DNA of 29,309 nt from Bacillota bacterium (GTDB taxonomy: Bacteria; Bacillota; Dethiobacteria; DTU022): the NCBI GenBank assembly GCA_012510305.1, contig JAAZIE010000019.1, positions 1 to 29,309 of the forward strand, read 5' to 3'. The position numbers and the translations under genes are program-made. Each line of letters starts with the position of its first letter. The first letter of the stretch is position 1. Under the pieces are notes generated by a model. It searched no databases and was not told the DNA's origin. It saw only the letters and a program-made list of their open reading frames with translations. This document shows, one piece after another, positions 27,673 to 29,309 of the stretch.

Positions 27673-28417
27673 TATTCATCCTTTGCCCGAACGCAGTTAC
27701 GAAGCCCTGCTCATCGATCTCGATGGAACCCTGTTGAAACTGGATCAGGAAAGCTTTGCCCGGTCGTACTTTGAGGCGATGGCCCGGCTCTTCTCAGACC
27801 GCTTCCCGCCGGAGGAGTTCTCCGGGCACCTGCTGGCCTCAACCATGAAAATTATTAACTGCAAGGATAATCAGCGGTCCAACGAGGCGGTCTTCTTCGC
27901 TGATTTTTGCCGCCGCCTAAAAACAGAGCGGGCAGCGCTGGACCCGGTAATCGAAAAATTTTACCGCCATGAATTCCCCCGCCTGCGCTCCTGGGGCCGG
28001 CCCCGTCCCCATGCCCGGAGCGTGCTCGAGGCAGCCCGGCGGAGAGGCGAAAAACTGGTGCTGGCGACACAGCCTATTTTCCCCCCTGTCGCCGCCCACG
28101 AGCGCCTCTCCTGGGGCGAGCTCACGGCCGATCCCTTTGATCTCATCACCACCCTGGAAAATATGCACTTTTGCAAACCGCACCCCGAATATTACCTGGA
28201 GATCGCCGCTAAAATCGGGATACCTCCCGAACGCTGCCTCATGGCGGGCAACGATACCCGGGAGGATATGGGCGCGGCAAAAGCCGGTATGGGTACTTTT
28301 TTGGTTGAAGGTGAGATCATCGACCGCGGTGAAGAAGCTCTGCCCCATGATTACCGGGGCTCGCTGACAGAGCTGGCTGAATTGATCGAGGCAAGTTTCC
28401 AACCGGCGGCCTCTTAA
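27659..28417 (+). CDS. HAD-superfamily hydrolase (subfamily IA-like)
   Basis: Motif I DLDGTL, motif II T (LATQP), motif III KP, motif IV GND..ED. Start likely ATG 27659, overlapping the ylbF end. Confidence 0.9.
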   Translation: MSQNSIHPLPERSYEALLIDLDGTLLKLDQESFARSYFEAMARLFSDRFPPEEFSGHLLASTMKIINCKDNQRSNEAVFFADFCRRLKTERAALDPVIEKFYRHEFPRLRSWGRPRPHARSVLEAARRRGEKLVLATQPIFPPVAAHERLSWGELTADPFDLITTLENMHFCKPHPEYYLEIAAKIGIPPERCLMAGNDTREDMGAAKAGMGTFLVEGEIIDRGEEALPHDYRGSLTELAELIEASFQPAAS

Positions 28418-28983
28418 TCGCCCTCCGGTTCCGCCTTCGGTTCGGGCTGCTCCGCCGTGGAGGCGTCTTCCGGGGCTGCACCGTCCTCTTCATCGGGAAG
28501 GCGAAGCTCGCGGATGATCTGATCCTTTTCATCCAGGAACAGCCAGCTGGTTTGTTCGCCTAATTTCTCCCGCTCCACCGTAACCAGGTGATAGCTGAAA
28601 GGTTCTTCGGTTACCCTGACCTGCACCTGGACGGTGCCGTCTTCCTGCGGGTAAACCTGCACGCTCTGGATCTCGCTGTTCGTGGCGCTGACGGCATATT
28701 CATAGGCCGGGTTAAAGGGGTAATCGGGCAGGGCGCTGTTGTCCTTCCGCAGCCGGGTCCAGCCTTCCATCGTCGCAATCACCTCGAAAGAGGTGGGCGC
28801 GCTGAGCTCACCGCGATCTGCGGTCACGAAAGAGACCGCGGTCTTTGATTCCGACTCGTCGGGCGCAACCACCGGCTGTTCACGAAAAAAATTGTCGTAG
28901 ATGGAGAGGCTGACCAGAAGGACCAGCAGAAACAAAAGGGGCAGCAAGCGCCTGGCTTCGATGACAAAAAAACGGTGCATCAA
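28414..28983 (-). CDS. Hypothetical membrane-anchored protein, possibly PrcB-C-like extracellular domain with an acidic tail
   Basis: N-terminal TM helix (LLPLLFLLVLLVSLSIY), beta-rich domain ending YHLVTVER, E/D/P-rich tail; RBS AAGGAAGGG. PrcB resemblance is by eye only. Confidence 0.7.
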   Translation of the reverse strand: MMHRFFVIEARRLLPLLFLLVLLVSLSIYDNFFREQPVVAPDESESKTAVSFVTADRGELSAPTSFEVIATMEGWTRLRKDNSALPDYPFNPAYEYAVSATNSEIQSVQVYPQEDGTVQVQVRVTEEPFSYHLVTVEREKLGEQTSWLFLDEKDQIIRELRLPDEEDGAAPEDASTAEQPEPKAEPEGD

Positions 28984-29019
28984 GAAACACTTCCCTTCCT
29001 TTAAGGGATCTATATCATA

Positions 29020-29047
29020 TTTCTATGCACCACAAGCCCGTTTATGT
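29020..29047 (-). promoter_or_regulatory. sigmaE-type promoter candidate overlapping the mtaB stop
   Basis: ACATAAA-N13-CATAGAAA about 37 nt upstream of the 28983 start. Confidence 0.55.
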
Positions 29048-29309
29048 CTTACCCAGAAGATATTGCCCTTCAATTTTTTCCAGGCGCACGGTCACTATTC
29101 GTCCCGGCCAGCCCTTCCCCCTGCCCTCCAGGGCGACCCTGGCCCGCAGGTAATGCGGGGTGAAACCCTCGCCAAACTGGTACGGACGGACCTTTTCAAC
29201 AAGCACCTCCTGGGTGGTGGCGATAAATTTACGGCGAAAATCATCCGCCATCCGGCGGCCGAGCGCGATCATCTCGCGGCTGCGTTTCTCTTTGAGCGAC
29301 CGTTCAACC
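29042..29309 (-). CDS. mtaB: 3' end of a tRNA methylthiotransferase (MtaB-like, TRAM domain); partial, runs off the window
   Basis: ...KEKRSREMIALG......FRRKF....QEVLVE......GEGFTPHYLR...GRIVTVRL. The conserved order mtaB-hit-rpsU supports the symbol. Confidence 0.75.
   Translation of the reverse strand, partial: VERSLKEKRSREMIALGRRMADDFRRKFIATTQEVLVEKVRPYQFGEGFTPHYLRARVALEGRGKGWPGRIVTVRLEKIEGQYLLGKT

Overview
Complete-looking, GC-rich Bacillota (Clostridia/Dethiobacteria-like endospore former; taxonomy is inference from gene order and sporulation genes) core-genome segment, almost all on the minus strand. It follows the conserved order mtaB(3' end)-[islet]-hit-rpsU-yqfC-yqfD-phoH-pgpH-ybeY-dgkA-[DUF881]-era-recO-(Gly T-box)-glyQ-glyS-ccpN-PDRP-ppdK-[dac, redox fusion]-dnaG-sigA. 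I found no transposase, integrase, phage gene, CRISPR array, tRNA or rRNA. The non-canonical material sits in three insertions. (1) 3417-7151: a stand-alone GltD/DsrL-like flavoprotein + 2x[4Fe-4S] ferredoxin + MvhD fusion, twin divergent sigmaH-like motifs, a 5'-truncated flavodoxin-family remnant and a D,D-carboxypeptidase. (2) 16414-17600: an orphan DUF881 protein plus a small unannotated trmO/tsaA remnant, where cdd often sits. (3) 24206-28983: an SSS transporter with a small membrane partner, divergent from selU/mnmH-ylbF-HAD, and a convergent, probably sigmaE-controlled, membrane-anchored hypothetical. Nothing here can be called a new system from sequence alone; the best candidates for follow-up are the redox fusion and the repeated promoter/operator motifs. 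Several ORF-track starts were corrected using RBS position and family N-termini.
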